Below, in pieces: positions 19,003 through 28,380 of a stretch of DNA of 64,000 bases. Numbering within the stretch: the stretch's first letter is position 1; every line of letters starts with the position of its first letter. The notes beneath the pieces are model-generated. The model was not told the origin of the DNA, searched no databases, and saw only the letters and a list, made by a program, of their open reading frames with translations. The DNA is from an uncultured Gemmatimonadaceae bacterium (lineage in GTDB: Bacteria > Gemmatimonadota > Gemmatimonadetes > Gemmatimonadales > Gemmatimonadaceae). Both the position numbers and the translations under genes were made by a program. Location of the stretch: NCBI GenBank assembly GCA_963761305.1, contig CAVXGK010000002.1:416001-480000 (forward strand), in the 5' to 3' direction.

Positions 19003-19302
19003 ATGGCGCATCCCACAGGCGGGCCGCAGGCACAAGCGCCCACGCCGCGTTCCGCGTATTTTGGTATTGGTTGCATTACCGCCGTCGCCGGATTCGTCGG
19101 CGGCGGGATGATCGGGGTGCTCGTGGCCAAGATCGTCGGTGCCGTGGCGCGCTGTACGCCGGACGCTGAGACCGGCGCGCCGTGCGGGTGGGGATCCTAC
19201 TGGCTGGTCGGCGCGGTCGTCGGGCTCTTCGTCCTTCCGACGATTGCGATCTGGCTGTTCGCTCGCGGTCGTCGCCGCGCGCAAAACTCGGAACGAGGGT
19301 GA
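19003..19302 (+). CDS. Small hypothetical membrane protein (2 TM helices flanking a Cys-x9-Cys loop)
   Basis: Two hydrophobic segments; tight packing between neighbouring genes. Confidence 0.6.
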   Translation: MAHPTGGPQAQAPTPRSAYFGIGCITAVAGFVGGGMIGVLVAKIVGAVARCTPDAETGAPCGWGSYWLVGAVVGLFVLPTIAIWLFARGRRRAQNSERG

Positions 19303-19306
19303 GTCG

Positions 19307-20641
19307 GTGGCTCGTGTAGACGTCGTGATGCCCCAGATGGGTGAATCGATCGCCGAGGGCACACTCTCGAAGTGGCTCAAGAAGGTCGGCGACGCGGTGA
19401 AGCGCGACGAGCCGATGTTCGAGATCTCGACCGACAAAGTCGACGCCGAGATTCCGGCGCCGGTGAGCGGCGTCTTGGCCGAGGTCCTCGTGAAGGAAGG
19501 CCAGACGGTTCCGGTGGAAACGCTGGTCGCGCGCCTCGAGACCGATGTGAACGCGGCTGTGACTGCGCCCGCCGCACCGGCGACCGCACCCGCTGCCGCG
19601 TCCGCTCCGTCGGTGCCCGCGAAGGCCGCCGCCGGCGCCAAGCCGGCCGCGTCTGACAAACCATCCGCCCCGACGCCGCCGGCCGCGCCGGCACCCGAAC
19701 ACGGCAACGGCGCGTCCCTCGAGGAACGGCTGCGCACCAAGTCCTCGCCGCTCGTCCGGCGAATGGCGGCGGACCACGGCATCGAGATCTCCGGATTGCA
19801 GGGCAGCGGCATCGCGGGGCGGGTCACCAAGCGCGACCTCCTCGACTTCATAGAGTCGGGCGCCAAGGCCCCACCGCGCGTGGGCGCGGGCGCGCCCGTT
19901 CACGTCGGCACGCTGCCGCTTCCCGAGCCGTGGCCGGGCGACGTGGTCGAGCCGATGTCCAAGATGCGTGCGCTGATCAGCGAACACATGGTCGCGTCGC
20001 GGCACACGTCGGCGCACGTGAGCACGTTCTTCGAGGTGGACTTCACGCGCATTGCTCGCATTCGCGCGAAGAATCGCGCCGAGTTCGAGAAAGCGACCGG
20101 CGAAAAGCTCACCTACATGCCGTTCATCCTGAAGGCGGTCGTCGACGGGTTGAAAGCGCATCCGGTCGTGAACGCGTCGGTGCGCGGCAACGAAGTCATC
20201 TATCGCAAGCAGATCAACATCGGGATCGCGGTGGCGCTCGACTGGGGACTCATCGTCCCCGTCATCAAGGGCGCGGACAACCTGTCGCTCACGGGTCTGA
20301 CGCGGGCGCTCAACGACCTCGCGAACCGCGCGCGGACCAAGCGGCTCGATCCGCGCGAAGTGCAGGACGGCACGTTCACGATCACCAACCCCGGCGTGTT
20401 CGGATCGCTCACCGGCACGCCGATCATCAACCAGCCGCAAGTCGGGATTCTTTGCCTCGGCGCGATCGAGAAGCGGCCGAAGGTGCTCACCGGTCCGGAC
20501 GGCGAGGACATCCTTGCCATCCGGACGTGTTCGTATCTCTCCCTCTCGTTCGACCATCGCGTCGTCGACGGCGCCGATGCCGACAAGTTCATGGGCTTCG
20601 TAAAGCGAAGCCTCGAAACCTTCCCTGAGACGGTGCTCTGA
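19307..20641 (+). CDS. 2-oxoacid dehydrogenase E2 (dihydrolipoamide acyltransferase, SucB-like)
   Basis: Lipoyl domain EISTDKVDAE, E3-binding GSGIAGRVTKRD, catalytic FDHRVVDG; GTG 19307. Confidence 0.93.
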   Translation: MARVDVVMPQMGESIAEGTLSKWLKKVGDAVKRDEPMFEISTDKVDAEIPAPVSGVLAEVLVKEGQTVPVETLVARLETDVNAAVTAPAAPATAPAAASAPSVPAKAAAGAKPAASDKPSAPTPPAAPAPEHGNGASLEERLRTKSSPLVRRMAADHGIEISGLQGSGIAGRVTKRDLLDFIESGAKAPPRVGAGAPVHVGTLPLPEPWPGDVVEPMSKMRALISEHMVASRHTSAHVSTFFEVDFTRIARIRAKNRAEFEKATGEKLTYMPFILKAVVDGLKAHPVVNASVRGNEVIYRKQINIGIAVALDWGLIVPVIKGADNLSLTGLTRALNDLANRARTKRLDPREVQDGTFTITNPGVFGSLTGTPIINQPQVGILCLGAIEKRPKVLTGPDGEDILAIRTCSYLSLSFDHRVVDGADADKFMGFVKRSLETFPETVL

Positions 20642-20643
20642 CC

Positions 20644-20904
20644 GTGCCGCGCGCACTCACGATTCAACGCACGCTCGTCACGCCGCCGGACCGCGAGCGA
20701 TTTCACCAAAAGCTCCGCCGCAAACACGAGCACTACGCGAAGCAGAACTGCCGCTTCTGGGCGTTCGAGGAAGCCGGTCTTCCCGGCGCGTTCCTCGAGT
20801 TCGTCGAGGCATCGGATGCCAACACGCTGGCGCGAGCGCACGCGTCGGCGCCCGAGCCGATCCTCGATCCGAATCGCGTCTACATGGAAGTGGAGCTGAC
20901 CTGA
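20644..20904 (+). CDS. Hypothetical protein (86 aa)
   Basis: Starts 2 nt after the E2 stop; stop overlaps next ATG; coding-like composition. Confidence 0.65.
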   Translation: MPRALTIQRTLVTPPDRERFHQKLRRKHEHYAKQNCRFWAFEEAGLPGAFLEFVEASDANTLARAHASAPEPILDPNRVYMEVELT

Positions 20905-21170
20905 TGCCATCGCGGACGCTCACGATCGGCGGCAAGAACTGGCTCGTATTTCCATCGGGCCGGGTGACGCAGTACGACCGCGACGAGTTCGGGCTCCTCT
21001 TCATCAGTGGAACGGGCGGCGATCGCGAGGTGCGAGTGACTCGCTATTCCCCCGTGGGGACCCGGTCGCGAGAGCGTTCTCTGGTGGAGATGAGCAACGC
21101 CGACCTCGCCCGACTCTTCGAGGCGTCGCAGCCCAGCGACACGTCGCCGGAAGCCGACTACTCGGTGTGA
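20904..21170 (+). CDS. Hypothetical protein (88 aa)
   Basis: TGATG and GTGA overlaps on the two sides; GGAG upstream. Confidence 0.65.
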   Translation: MPSRTLTIGGKNWLVFPSGRVTQYDRDEFGLLFISGTGGDREVRVTRYSPVGTRSRERSLVEMSNADLARLFEASQPSDTSPEADYSV

Positions 21171-22024
21171 CGTCGACTCCTCCGCGCGCGGGCGACGCCG
21201 CGGCGCTCGTCGACCTGCACGTTCACTCGACCGCTTCGGACGGAACGCGTCCGCCCGACGAAGTCGTGCGCGAGGCGAAGCGCATCGGGCTCGCCGCCAT
21301 CGCCCTTACGGATCACGACACACTCGACGGTATCGCGCTCGCGACGGAAACCGGCGCCGCGCTCGGCGTGCGCGTCGTCGCGGGGATCGAGCTGAGCGCC
21401 GTCGAGACCGATGCGGAAACGCACATCCTCGGCTTGCACCTGTCCGACACGCGTCAGATCGAAGCGCAGCTTGCCGCGCTGCGCGACATGCGCCGCGGCC
21501 GCGCCGAACGGATCGTCGTCCGATTGAACGAGCTCGGCGTGCGGGTCGAAATGGCGGCGGTGCTCGAGCAGGCGGCCGGCGGCGCCATCGGCAGGCCGCA
21601 CGTCGCCCGCGCCATGATCGCCGAAGGATGGGCGGTCGACTTTCGCGACGCGTTCGACCGTTACCTCGGTGGCGGACGTCCCGCGTACGTTCCGAAGGAG
21701 CGACTCGCCGCGGGCGACGCGATCGGCGCCATCCACCGGGCGGGCGGTTTGGCGATCCTCGCGCATCCGGCGCAGACGGGCACGCGCGAACGCATCGAGG
21801 CATTTGTGCGCGCGGGAATCGACGGCGTCGAAATCCGTCATCCGAGCCACAGCCCGGAGGATGTCGCGCGACTTACCGCCCTCGTCGATTTCTTCGGCCT
21901 CGTGCCGAGCGGCGGATCGGACTGGCACGGCGCCTCCGAGGGCGCGCGCACACTCGGCATGATGCGTGTACCGGGATCGTGGCTCGAACGGCAGGACGCT
22001 CGCATTCGCGAGCGTGCGGCCTGA
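21167..22024 (+). CDS. PHP-domain metal-dependent phosphoesterase (YciV/TrpH-like)
   Basis: DLHVHSTASDG, ALTDHD, GRPHVA, LAHP and GGSDWHG. Confidence 0.92.
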   Translation: MTSTPPRAGDAAALVDLHVHSTASDGTRPPDEVVREAKRIGLAAIALTDHDTLDGIALATETGAALGVRVVAGIELSAVETDAETHILGLHLSDTRQIEAQLAALRDMRRGRAERIVVRLNELGVRVEMAAVLEQAAGGAIGRPHVARAMIAEGWAVDFRDAFDRYLGGGRPAYVPKERLAAGDAIGAIHRAGGLAILAHPAQTGTRERIEAFVRAGIDGVEIRHPSHSPEDVARLTALVDFFGLVPSGGSDWHGASEGARTLGMMRVPGSWLERQDARIRERAA

Positions 22025-22094
22025 GGCCGTTTCAGGTCCGACGATCATTCGCCAGGTCGTAGATGCTTGACTAGCCGAGCCGAGGAGCGACGCC

Positions 22095-22832
22095 ATGGAG
22101 CTCGCGGGTAAGACGGCGTTGGTAACGGGAGCCGGCCATCGCGTGGGGCGAGCGATTGCCGTCGCGCTGGGCGCGCAGAAGATGCGCGTCGCCGTGCACT
22201 ACAACTCCACTGCCGACGGCGCCAAGGAGACGTTGCGCGAGATCGAGAAGCGCGGCGGGTCGGGCGACACGTTCGGCGCGGACCTCACCAAGCCGGACCA
22301 GATCTCCGGGCTCACCGACGCGGTGGTCAAGCGATTCGGATCGCTCGACGTACTGGTCAACTCCGCCGCCGTCATGCTGCGCACGCCGCTCGGCGAGACG
22401 GACGCCGATCAGTGGGACGGCATCATGGCGCTGAACCTTCGCGCGCCGTTCCTGTTGTCGCAGGCCGCCGCGCCGCATCTGCGCCGCGCAAAAGGAGGGG
22501 GAGTGATCGTCAACATCGCCGATCTCGCGGCGTTCGAGACGTGGCCCGGCTACCTCGTGCACGGATTGTCGAAGTCAGGCGTCGTGTACCTGACGCGTGC
22601 GCTGGCGCGCGTTCTCGCGCCGGAGGTTCGTGTCGGCGCGGTAGCCCCGGGAACCGTCCTCCTCCCCGAGAAATGGAGCCCGTCCGACGCCGCGCACCTG
22701 GTCGAGTCGACGCCGCTCAAGCGCAACGGCACCCCCGAGGACGTGTCGGGCGCGGTCCTCTTCATCCTCGGCGCCGACTACTTCACGGGCGACACGATCA
22801 TCGTCGACGGCGGCCGCCACATACGCAAGTGA
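22095..22832 (+). CDS. SDR oxidoreductase, pteridine reductase/FolM-like
   Basis: TGAGHRVG, VHYNS, LVNSAA, LARVLAPEVRV and VDGG. Confidence 0.85.
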   Translation: MELAGKTALVTGAGHRVGRAIAVALGAQKMRVAVHYNSTADGAKETLREIEKRGGSGDTFGADLTKPDQISGLTDAVVKRFGSLDVLVNSAAVMLRTPLGETDADQWDGIMALNLRAPFLLSQAAAPHLRRAKGGGVIVNIADLAAFETWPGYLVHGLSKSGVVYLTRALARVLAPEVRVGAVAPGTVLLPEKWSPSDAAHLVESTPLKRNGTPEDVSGAVLFILGADYFTGDTIIVDGGRHIRK

Positions 22833-22930
22833 CTGTCGTGAATGACGGTTCCCGCATCGGCTACATTTGAGCATCATGATGCGGCGATTGCGGACGAGAA
22901 CGCCGCCGTGCTGCGACGAGAGGATTTGAA

Positions 22931-23920
22931 GTGGGGACTACCTACAATTACGACGTCGTAATCATCGGAGCGGGCCCCGCGGGACTCTGTGCCGGCCTCT
23001 ACGCCGGGCGCGCGATGCTCAAGGCCGTCATCCTCGAGAAGGGATGGCCCGGCGGCGAGCTCCTCAACACCGAGTTGGTCGAGGACTATCCCGGGTTCGA
23101 CCACATTCTCGGCCGTGACCTGGCCGAGAAATTCGCCGACCACGCGGCCAAGTTCGGCGCCGAGATTCGCAACGGCGTCTGCGTGGAACGAGTCGAGCGC
23201 TCCGACGACGGCACCTTCACGACGCTCACCGAGTCCGGCGACGTCTACTCCTCGCCCGCGGTGATCGTGACCGCCGGCGGGACGCCGATCAAGCTTGGCG
23301 TGCCTGGCGAGATCGAATACGCGGGGAAGGGCGTGTCGTATTGCGCGATCTGCGACGGAGCGTTCTTCCGCAACCAGATCGTCGCGGTGATCGGCGGCGG
23401 CGACGCCGCGACAGAAGAGGCCGACTTTCTCACGCGCTACGCCGAGAAGGTGTATCTGATTCATCGTCGTGATGAGCTGCGCGCCTCGAAGATTCTCCAG
23501 GAGCGCTTGTTCGCGAATCCCAAGGTGGAAGTCATCTGGAATACGGTCGTCGACGAAGTGCAGGGTGACGGGCAGGGGCTCGTGCACAACCTGCGTCTGC
23601 GCGACGTCGCGACGGAAACGACGAGAGATCTGCCGGCGACCGGCATGTTCGTGTTCATCGGCTTCCGCCCCAACACGGGCATCGTCGTGGAGCACGTCGA
23701 GCACGACGACATGGGATACTTCCGAACCGACGCGAACATGGAGACGAGCGTGCGCGGCCTGTTCGCCGCCGGCGACGTTCGCTCGCAGTTGACGCGACAG
23801 GTGACGACGGCCGTTGGCGATGCGACGACCGCGGCGATCGCCGTGGAGAAGTACCTCAAGGCGCGCGCCGACGGACATCCGAGCGAACCGATCGTCGGCA
23901 TGGGGGGCTACACGGCGTGA
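22931..23920 (+). CDS. trxB: Thioredoxin-disulfide reductase
   Basis: IIGAGPAG, GVSYCAICDG, GGGDAATEEA and GLFAAGDV. Confidence 0.95.
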   Translation: MGTTYNYDVVIIGAGPAGLCAGLYAGRAMLKAVILEKGWPGGELLNTELVEDYPGFDHILGRDLAEKFADHAAKFGAEIRNGVCVERVERSDDGTFTTLTESGDVYSSPAVIVTAGGTPIKLGVPGEIEYAGKGVSYCAICDGAFFRNQIVAVIGGGDAATEEADFLTRYAEKVYLIHRRDELRASKILQERLFANPKVEVIWNTVVDEVQGDGQGLVHNLRLRDVATETTRDLPATGMFVFIGFRPNTGIVVEHVEHDDMGYFRTDANMETSVRGLFAAGDVRSQLTRQVTTAVGDATTAAIAVEKYLKARADGHPSEPIVGMGGYTA

Positions 23921-24558
23921 AGATCCAGTCGGTCACGGTGGGCGAGTTTCAGGAGAACACCTATCTCGTGATCGACGAGGCGACGGGTCACGCCGTCGTC
24001 ATCGATCCCGGCGCGGAGCCCGATCGGCTCGTCGAATGGATCCGCGATGCGGACGTCACGCTCGACGGCGTGTGGCTTACACACGCGCACCTCGACCACG
24101 TCGGAGGCGTCGCCGGCGTCACGCGCGAGTGGCCGGTGCCGGTATACATGCATCCGGACGACCGACCGACTCTCGAGCGCGCGCCGATATCGGCCGCCGG
24201 GTACGGCGTACCGTTCGAGGCGCCGCCCGCTCCGGATCGCGAGCTCGCCGACGGCGATTCGCTCGCACTGGGAGGTCTCGCGTTCAAGGTGATGCACGTG
24301 CCGGGTCATGCGCCCGGCCACGTCGTGTTTCACGGCAACGGTGTCGTGCTCGGCGGTGACTTGCTGTTCGCCGGTTCCATCGGACGGACCGACTTGCCGC
24401 TGGCCGAGCCGCTCGCGATGGAGGAGTCGCTCGCGCGGATCTGCGAGTTGGACGACGAGCTGGTTGTGTATCCCGGGCACGGACCGGCAACGACGATCGG
24501 CGAAGAGCGCGCGAGCAATCCTTTCCTCACCGGGGTCGTTCGCCTGGTGAAGCGTTAG
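23917..24558 (+). CDS. MBL-fold metallo-hydrolase (glyoxalase II/YcbL-like)
   Basis: THAHLDHVG, PGHAPGH, GDLLFAGSIGRTD and PGHGP. Confidence 0.92.
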   Translation: MKIQSVTVGEFQENTYLVIDEATGHAVVIDPGAEPDRLVEWIRDADVTLDGVWLTHAHLDHVGGVAGVTREWPVPVYMHPDDRPTLERAPISAAGYGVPFEAPPAPDRELADGDSLALGGLAFKVMHVPGHAPGHVVFHGNGVVLGGDLLFAGSIGRTDLPLAEPLAMEESLARICELDDELVVYPGHGPATTIGEERASNPFLTGVVRLVKR

Positions 24559-24561
24559 GCG

Positions 24562-25050
24562 ATGGGTCCGCCGGCTCGCTCGCCGTCGCTGACCTTGGAG
24601 CTTGTGGCGCTCGCGCTCTGGCTCGGCGCATCGATCCTGTTCGCGGCCATCGTCGCACCGGCGTTGTTCGCCGCGCTTCCGAGTCGCACGCTCGCCGGGG
24701 ACGTCGTCGGCCGTGTGCTGCCGGCGATCTTCTACTCCGGAATCGTCGTCGCGCTGGTGGCGATCGCGGTCGAAGCACGTGCCGCCGGCCGCGTTTTCAC
24801 GGCGCGGGTGACGGCGGGACTCCTGCTCGGCGCCGCCTGCGGCGCCGCGCTCGCCATCGCACGCGGCATCGACCGATTCCGCGCGAGTATTGCCGGCCCG
24901 ATCGACGCGCTGGCGCCGGACGACGCGCGCCGAATCGCTTTCGGGCGGTTTCATGCCCTGAGCGTTGGCGCGCTTGGAGTCGGCATGCTGGCCGCGCTCG
25001 TCCTCATGATCTCCGCCGCGCGCCGTCTCGCCGCGCGGGCGACCGTTTAA
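24562..25050 (+). CDS. DUF4149/TMEM205-like membrane protein
   Basis: LWLGASILFAAIVAPALF and FGRFHALS patterns; 4 TM segments. Confidence 0.75.
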   Translation: MGPPARSPSLTLELVALALWLGASILFAAIVAPALFAALPSRTLAGDVVGRVLPAIFYSGIVVALVAIAVEARAAGRVFTARVTAGLLLGAACGAALAIARGIDRFRASIAGPIDALAPDDARRIAFGRFHALSVGALGVGMLAALVLMISAARRLAARATV

Positions 25051-25083
25051 CGACCTTTCATCCGAACTTAGAGCTCTCTCATC

Positions 25084-26508
25084 ATGCCCGATACACGCCG
25101 CGAAAAAGACCCGCTCGGCACCCTCGACGTTCCCGCCGACGCGTTGTACGGCGTCCAGACGCTCCGCGCCAGACAGAACTTTGCCGTCAGCGGGCTGTCG
25201 CCGCTCGAGCCGTTCGTCGTCGCGCAGGTGTGGATCAAGAAGGCGGCGGCGCTCACGCACAAGCAGACGGGCCGTCTCGAACCGCGGCTCGCGGATGCCA
25301 TCGTCGCCGCGGCCGACGAGGTCCTGGGCGGCAAGCACCGCGAGCAGTTCATCGTCGACCCGTTTCAGGCCGGCGCCGGAACGTCGCACAACATGAACGC
25401 GAACGAGGTCCTGGCCAATCGGGCCAACGAGATCCTCGGCGGAAAGCGCGGCGAGTACTCGCCGGTGCATCCGAATGATCACGTCAATATGGCGCAGTCG
25501 ACGAACGACACGATCCCCACGGCGATCCGCCTCGCTTGTCTCGCGCAGCTCGGGCCGCTGACGAAGGCGTTCGAGGGGCTACGCGCCGCACTGGCCAACA
25601 AGGGGAAGGAGTTCGACGACGTCGTCAAAGCAGGCCGGACGCACCTGCAGGACGCCATGCCGATCCGGCTCGGTCAGGAATTCACCGCGTATGCCGGCTC
25701 CATTGGCCGAGGCCTGCGTCGGGTCAACGAGGCAGCCGACTATCTGCGCGACCTCGGGATCGGCGGCAGCGCGGTCGGCACCGGCGTGACGGTCGAAGCG
25801 GAATACCCGGCGCTCATGGTTCGACATCTCGCGTCGATCTCCGGACTCGACGTGCGGGAAGGGCAGGATCGCATTCAGCTCATGCAGAGCATGGGCGACG
25901 TCGCCGGCTACAGCGCGTCGCTTCGCGTCCTCGCGATCGATCTGAGCAAGATCGCCAGCGACCTTCGGCTGATGGTGATGGGTCCGCGCACAGGCATCGA
26001 CGAGATCTCGCTCCCCGCGGTGCAGCCGGGATCGTCCATCATGCCGGGCAAGATCAACCCGTCGATCCCGGAGATGGTCAATCAGGTCTGCTTCCAGGTG
26101 ATGGGACTGGACACGACGGTCGCCATCGCGTCGGAACACGGGCAGCTCGAGCTCAACGTGATGATGCCGGTCATCGGGTTCAACGTGCTGCTCGCCGGCC
26201 GGATTCTCACCAACGCCGTGGCGACGCTCACGGAGCGGTGCGTCACCGGGATTCAGGCAAACCGCGAGATGTGCGCGTACTGGGTCGAGCGGTCGGCGGC
26301 TCTCGCGACCGCGCTTGCCCCGCAAATCGGCTACGCGCGCGCGGCGGAAATCAGCAAGCAGTCGGTGAAGGAAGGGATCCTGATTCGCGATCTGGTGAAG
26401 CGCGACGGCATCCTTCCGGCCGACGAGGTGGACGACGTGCTCGACCTGCGGAAAATGACCGAGATCGGGGTTCCCGGCGGCAAGTACGGCGCTTCAGCCG
26501 GCGGCTGA
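25084..26508 (+). CDS. Aspartate ammonia-lyase / class II fumarase family lyase
   Basis: GAGTSHNMNANEV, GRTHLQDA and signature GSSIMPGKINP. Confidence 0.92.
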   Translation: MPDTRREKDPLGTLDVPADALYGVQTLRARQNFAVSGLSPLEPFVVAQVWIKKAAALTHKQTGRLEPRLADAIVAAADEVLGGKHREQFIVDPFQAGAGTSHNMNANEVLANRANEILGGKRGEYSPVHPNDHVNMAQSTNDTIPTAIRLACLAQLGPLTKAFEGLRAALANKGKEFDDVVKAGRTHLQDAMPIRLGQEFTAYAGSIGRGLRRVNEAADYLRDLGIGGSAVGTGVTVEAEYPALMVRHLASISGLDVREGQDRIQLMQSMGDVAGYSASLRVLAIDLSKIASDLRLMVMGPRTGIDEISLPAVQPGSSIMPGKINPSIPEMVNQVCFQVMGLDTTVAIASEHGQLELNVMMPVIGFNVLLAGRILTNAVATLTERCVTGIQANREMCAYWVERSAALATALAPQIGYARAAEISKQSVKEGILIRDLVKRDGILPADEVDDVLDLRKMTEIGVPGGKYGASAGG

Positions 26509-26574
26509 TCCGGCTTGTCCCACCAACGCGCGCGGGCTGACCGGAGCCCGCGGGCGAGCTTAGATTGAAAATCG

Positions 26575-27066
26575 ATGCGCATCACTACGTTGGCCGAGTA
26601 CGGAGTCATCTGCGCGCTTCATTTGGCGCGTCGCGCGTCGGAAGGCCCCATTACGGGGCGCGAGATCGCCGACGTGGAGCGCCTGCCCGGCGACTACGTC
26701 GAGCAGATCCTGCTGCGACTTCGGCGCGCGGGACTCGTGCGCAGCACGCGCGGCGCGCGCGGCGGCTACATGCTGGCCCGACCGGCCGACACGGTCTCGA
26801 TCCGCGACGTGATCGAGGCGTCGGAGACGATGACGTTCGATCTCCACTGCGTGTCGCATCCCGTCGGCGAGGAGCGATGCTCGTCGTCGCACAACTGCAG
26901 CATTCGCCCCGTGTGGATGCTGCTGCAGCGCAAGATCGACGACGTGTTGGGGGGCGTGTGTCTCGCCGACTTGTTAGCCGAAGAAAGCGAAGTGCGTTCG
27001 CGCGTCGGCCTGTCACCCGCGGCTGTCGAGCCTGACGCCCGCTCGCTACCCGTTCTGCAGTCCTGA
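26575..27066 (+). CDS. Rrf2-family transcriptional regulator (IscR-like, three Cys)
   Basis: YVEQILLRLRRAGLVRSTRGARGGYML; C...C...C cluster region. Confidence 0.92.
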   Translation: MRITTLAEYGVICALHLARRASEGPITGREIADVERLPGDYVEQILLRLRRAGLVRSTRGARGGYMLARPADTVSIRDVIEASETMTFDLHCVSHPVGEERCSSSHNCSIRPVWMLLQRKIDDVLGGVCLADLLAEESEVRSRVGLSPAAVEPDARSLPVLQS

Positions 27067-27069
27067 GCG

Positions 27070-27636
27070 ATGGCGTTCTTCGCGCGATGGCGGGCCGACC
27101 GTGACGCGCAGCGAAAAGCCGCCCGGTACGTCGGCACGTTGTTCGTCGAACCCGACGGCCGCGACGTCGAATGGCTGGCGCAGAACGCGACGCGGGGCGA
27201 CATGGATCATGCGAGGTGGGAGCTGCGCTACGCGCGTCGCGCGCTGGGACTCATCGCCGCGCAGCGCGACGCGCTCGACGACCGCACCGCCTCGATGGTC
27301 GCTCACGAGATCTCGGAAGCATTCGCACGCGACCGAGGCATCGCCGCCGACAAGACCGACACGGCGGAACGGCAGTTCAACGCGCGGTTGAGCGCCTATC
27401 GCGACGGGCTCGGATCGCGCGCCGGTGCACCGACCTGGACGCGAATGGGGCAGACGCTTTTCGCGTTCGCCGGCGGGAGCTTCAAGCTGCGCGACGACAA
27501 CATCGTTCGGGCGGGCGAGCTGTTGTTCGGCTATCTCACCGAGGCAAACGAAGCGCTGCGCGCCACATTCGGCACGGTTGCGCTGCCTGAGAACGTCGCC
27601 CCCAGCGAACTGGTCGGCCGAGCGGCGCCTCGCTAG
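27070..27636 (+). CDS. Hypothetical protein (188 aa, helical)
   Basis: Starts 3 nt after the Rrf2 stop; coding-like composition. Confidence 0.65.
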   Translation: MAFFARWRADRDAQRKAARYVGTLFVEPDGRDVEWLAQNATRGDMDHARWELRYARRALGLIAAQRDALDDRTASMVAHEISEAFARDRGIAADKTDTAERQFNARLSAYRDGLGSRAGAPTWTRMGQTLFAFAGGSFKLRDDNIVRAGELLFGYLTEANEALRATFGTVALPENVAPSELVGRAAPR

Positions 27637-27659
27637 AAACTCACCAAGAAACGCTTGAG

Positions 27660-27743
27660 TGCCGAAGGGGGGACTCGAACCCCCACGAGCTTGCGCCCAC
27701 TGGCTCCTGAAGCCAGCGCGTCTACCAATTCCACCACTTCGGC
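27660..27743 (-). tRNA. tRNA-Leu(CAG), class II, no encoded CCA
   Basis: Reverse strand GCCGAAG-TGGTGGAATTGGTAGAC...CTGGC-TTCAGGA-GCCAG...long variable arm...GGGGGTTCGAGTCCCCC-CTTCGGC-A. Confidence 0.95.
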
Positions 27744-27870
27744 AGAGCAAGCAAAGTTAGCCGCGCGCGGAGGGTGCGTCAACGTATCCTGTGTTGCTGC
27801 GCGAAGATGGCTCGTCTAGGTTGCGACAACGCGCGAGCCTCGAGCCGCACGCCTCCGTAACGCCGATCGC

Positions 27871-28380
27871 ATGCCCGCCCGCCCGACCAAGCCAGACAAG
27901 CCAGCGCGCTCCGGCGCGGCGAAGGCCCCGCCCGAGATCCAGTCGATCGCGCGCAACAAGCGCGCGCGCTACGACTACCACATCCTCGAGACCTTCGAGG
28001 CGGGGCTCGTGCTCGTGGGGACCGAGGTGAAATCGCTGCGCGACGGGCGAGCCAACATCAGCGACGCGTACGGAATACTGCGGGACGGTGAGCCATTCTT
28101 GCTCAACCTGCACATCTCCCCCTACGAACGAGGGGGTTACACGAATCACGAGCCCGAACGCACCCGCAAACTGTTGCTCCACCGCAAGGAAATCCGTCGT
28201 TTGATTGGAGCCGTCGAGCGCCAAGGACTGACCCTGGTCCCGCTCGAGCTGTACTTCAAGAACGGGGTGGCGAAAGTGTCCCTCGCACTCGCCAAGGGAA
28301 AGCAACTTCACGACAAGCGCGACACCGAGCGTACGCGCGACGCCGAGCGGGAAATGTCCCGCGCGGTCCGCGCGCGATGA
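27871..28380 (+). CDS. smpB: SsrA-binding protein
   Basis: IARNKRARYDY, EAGLVLVGTEVKSLR, RTRKLLLH and KGKQLHDKR. Confidence 0.97.
   Translation: MPARPTKPDKPARSGAAKAPPEIQSIARNKRARYDYHILETFEAGLVLVGTEVKSLRDGRANISDAYGILRDGEPFLLNLHISPYERGGYTNHEPERTRKLLLHRKEIRRLIGAVERQGLTLVPLELYFKNGVAKVSLALAKGKQLHDKRDTERTRDAEREMSRAVRAR

Noticed and set aside
27660..27743. tRNA-Sec or opal suppressor (TCA appears in the anticodon loop)
   Set aside because: The 7-nt loop TTCAGGA places CAG at the anticodon positions; the 7-bp acceptor stem and discriminator A fit tRNA-Leu
27637..27870. Integration site or genomic island at the tRNA/smpB locus, or a tmRNA gene
   Set aside because: No integrase, no duplicated tRNA 3' end noticed, no ssrA-like sequence; the flanks are ordinary genes
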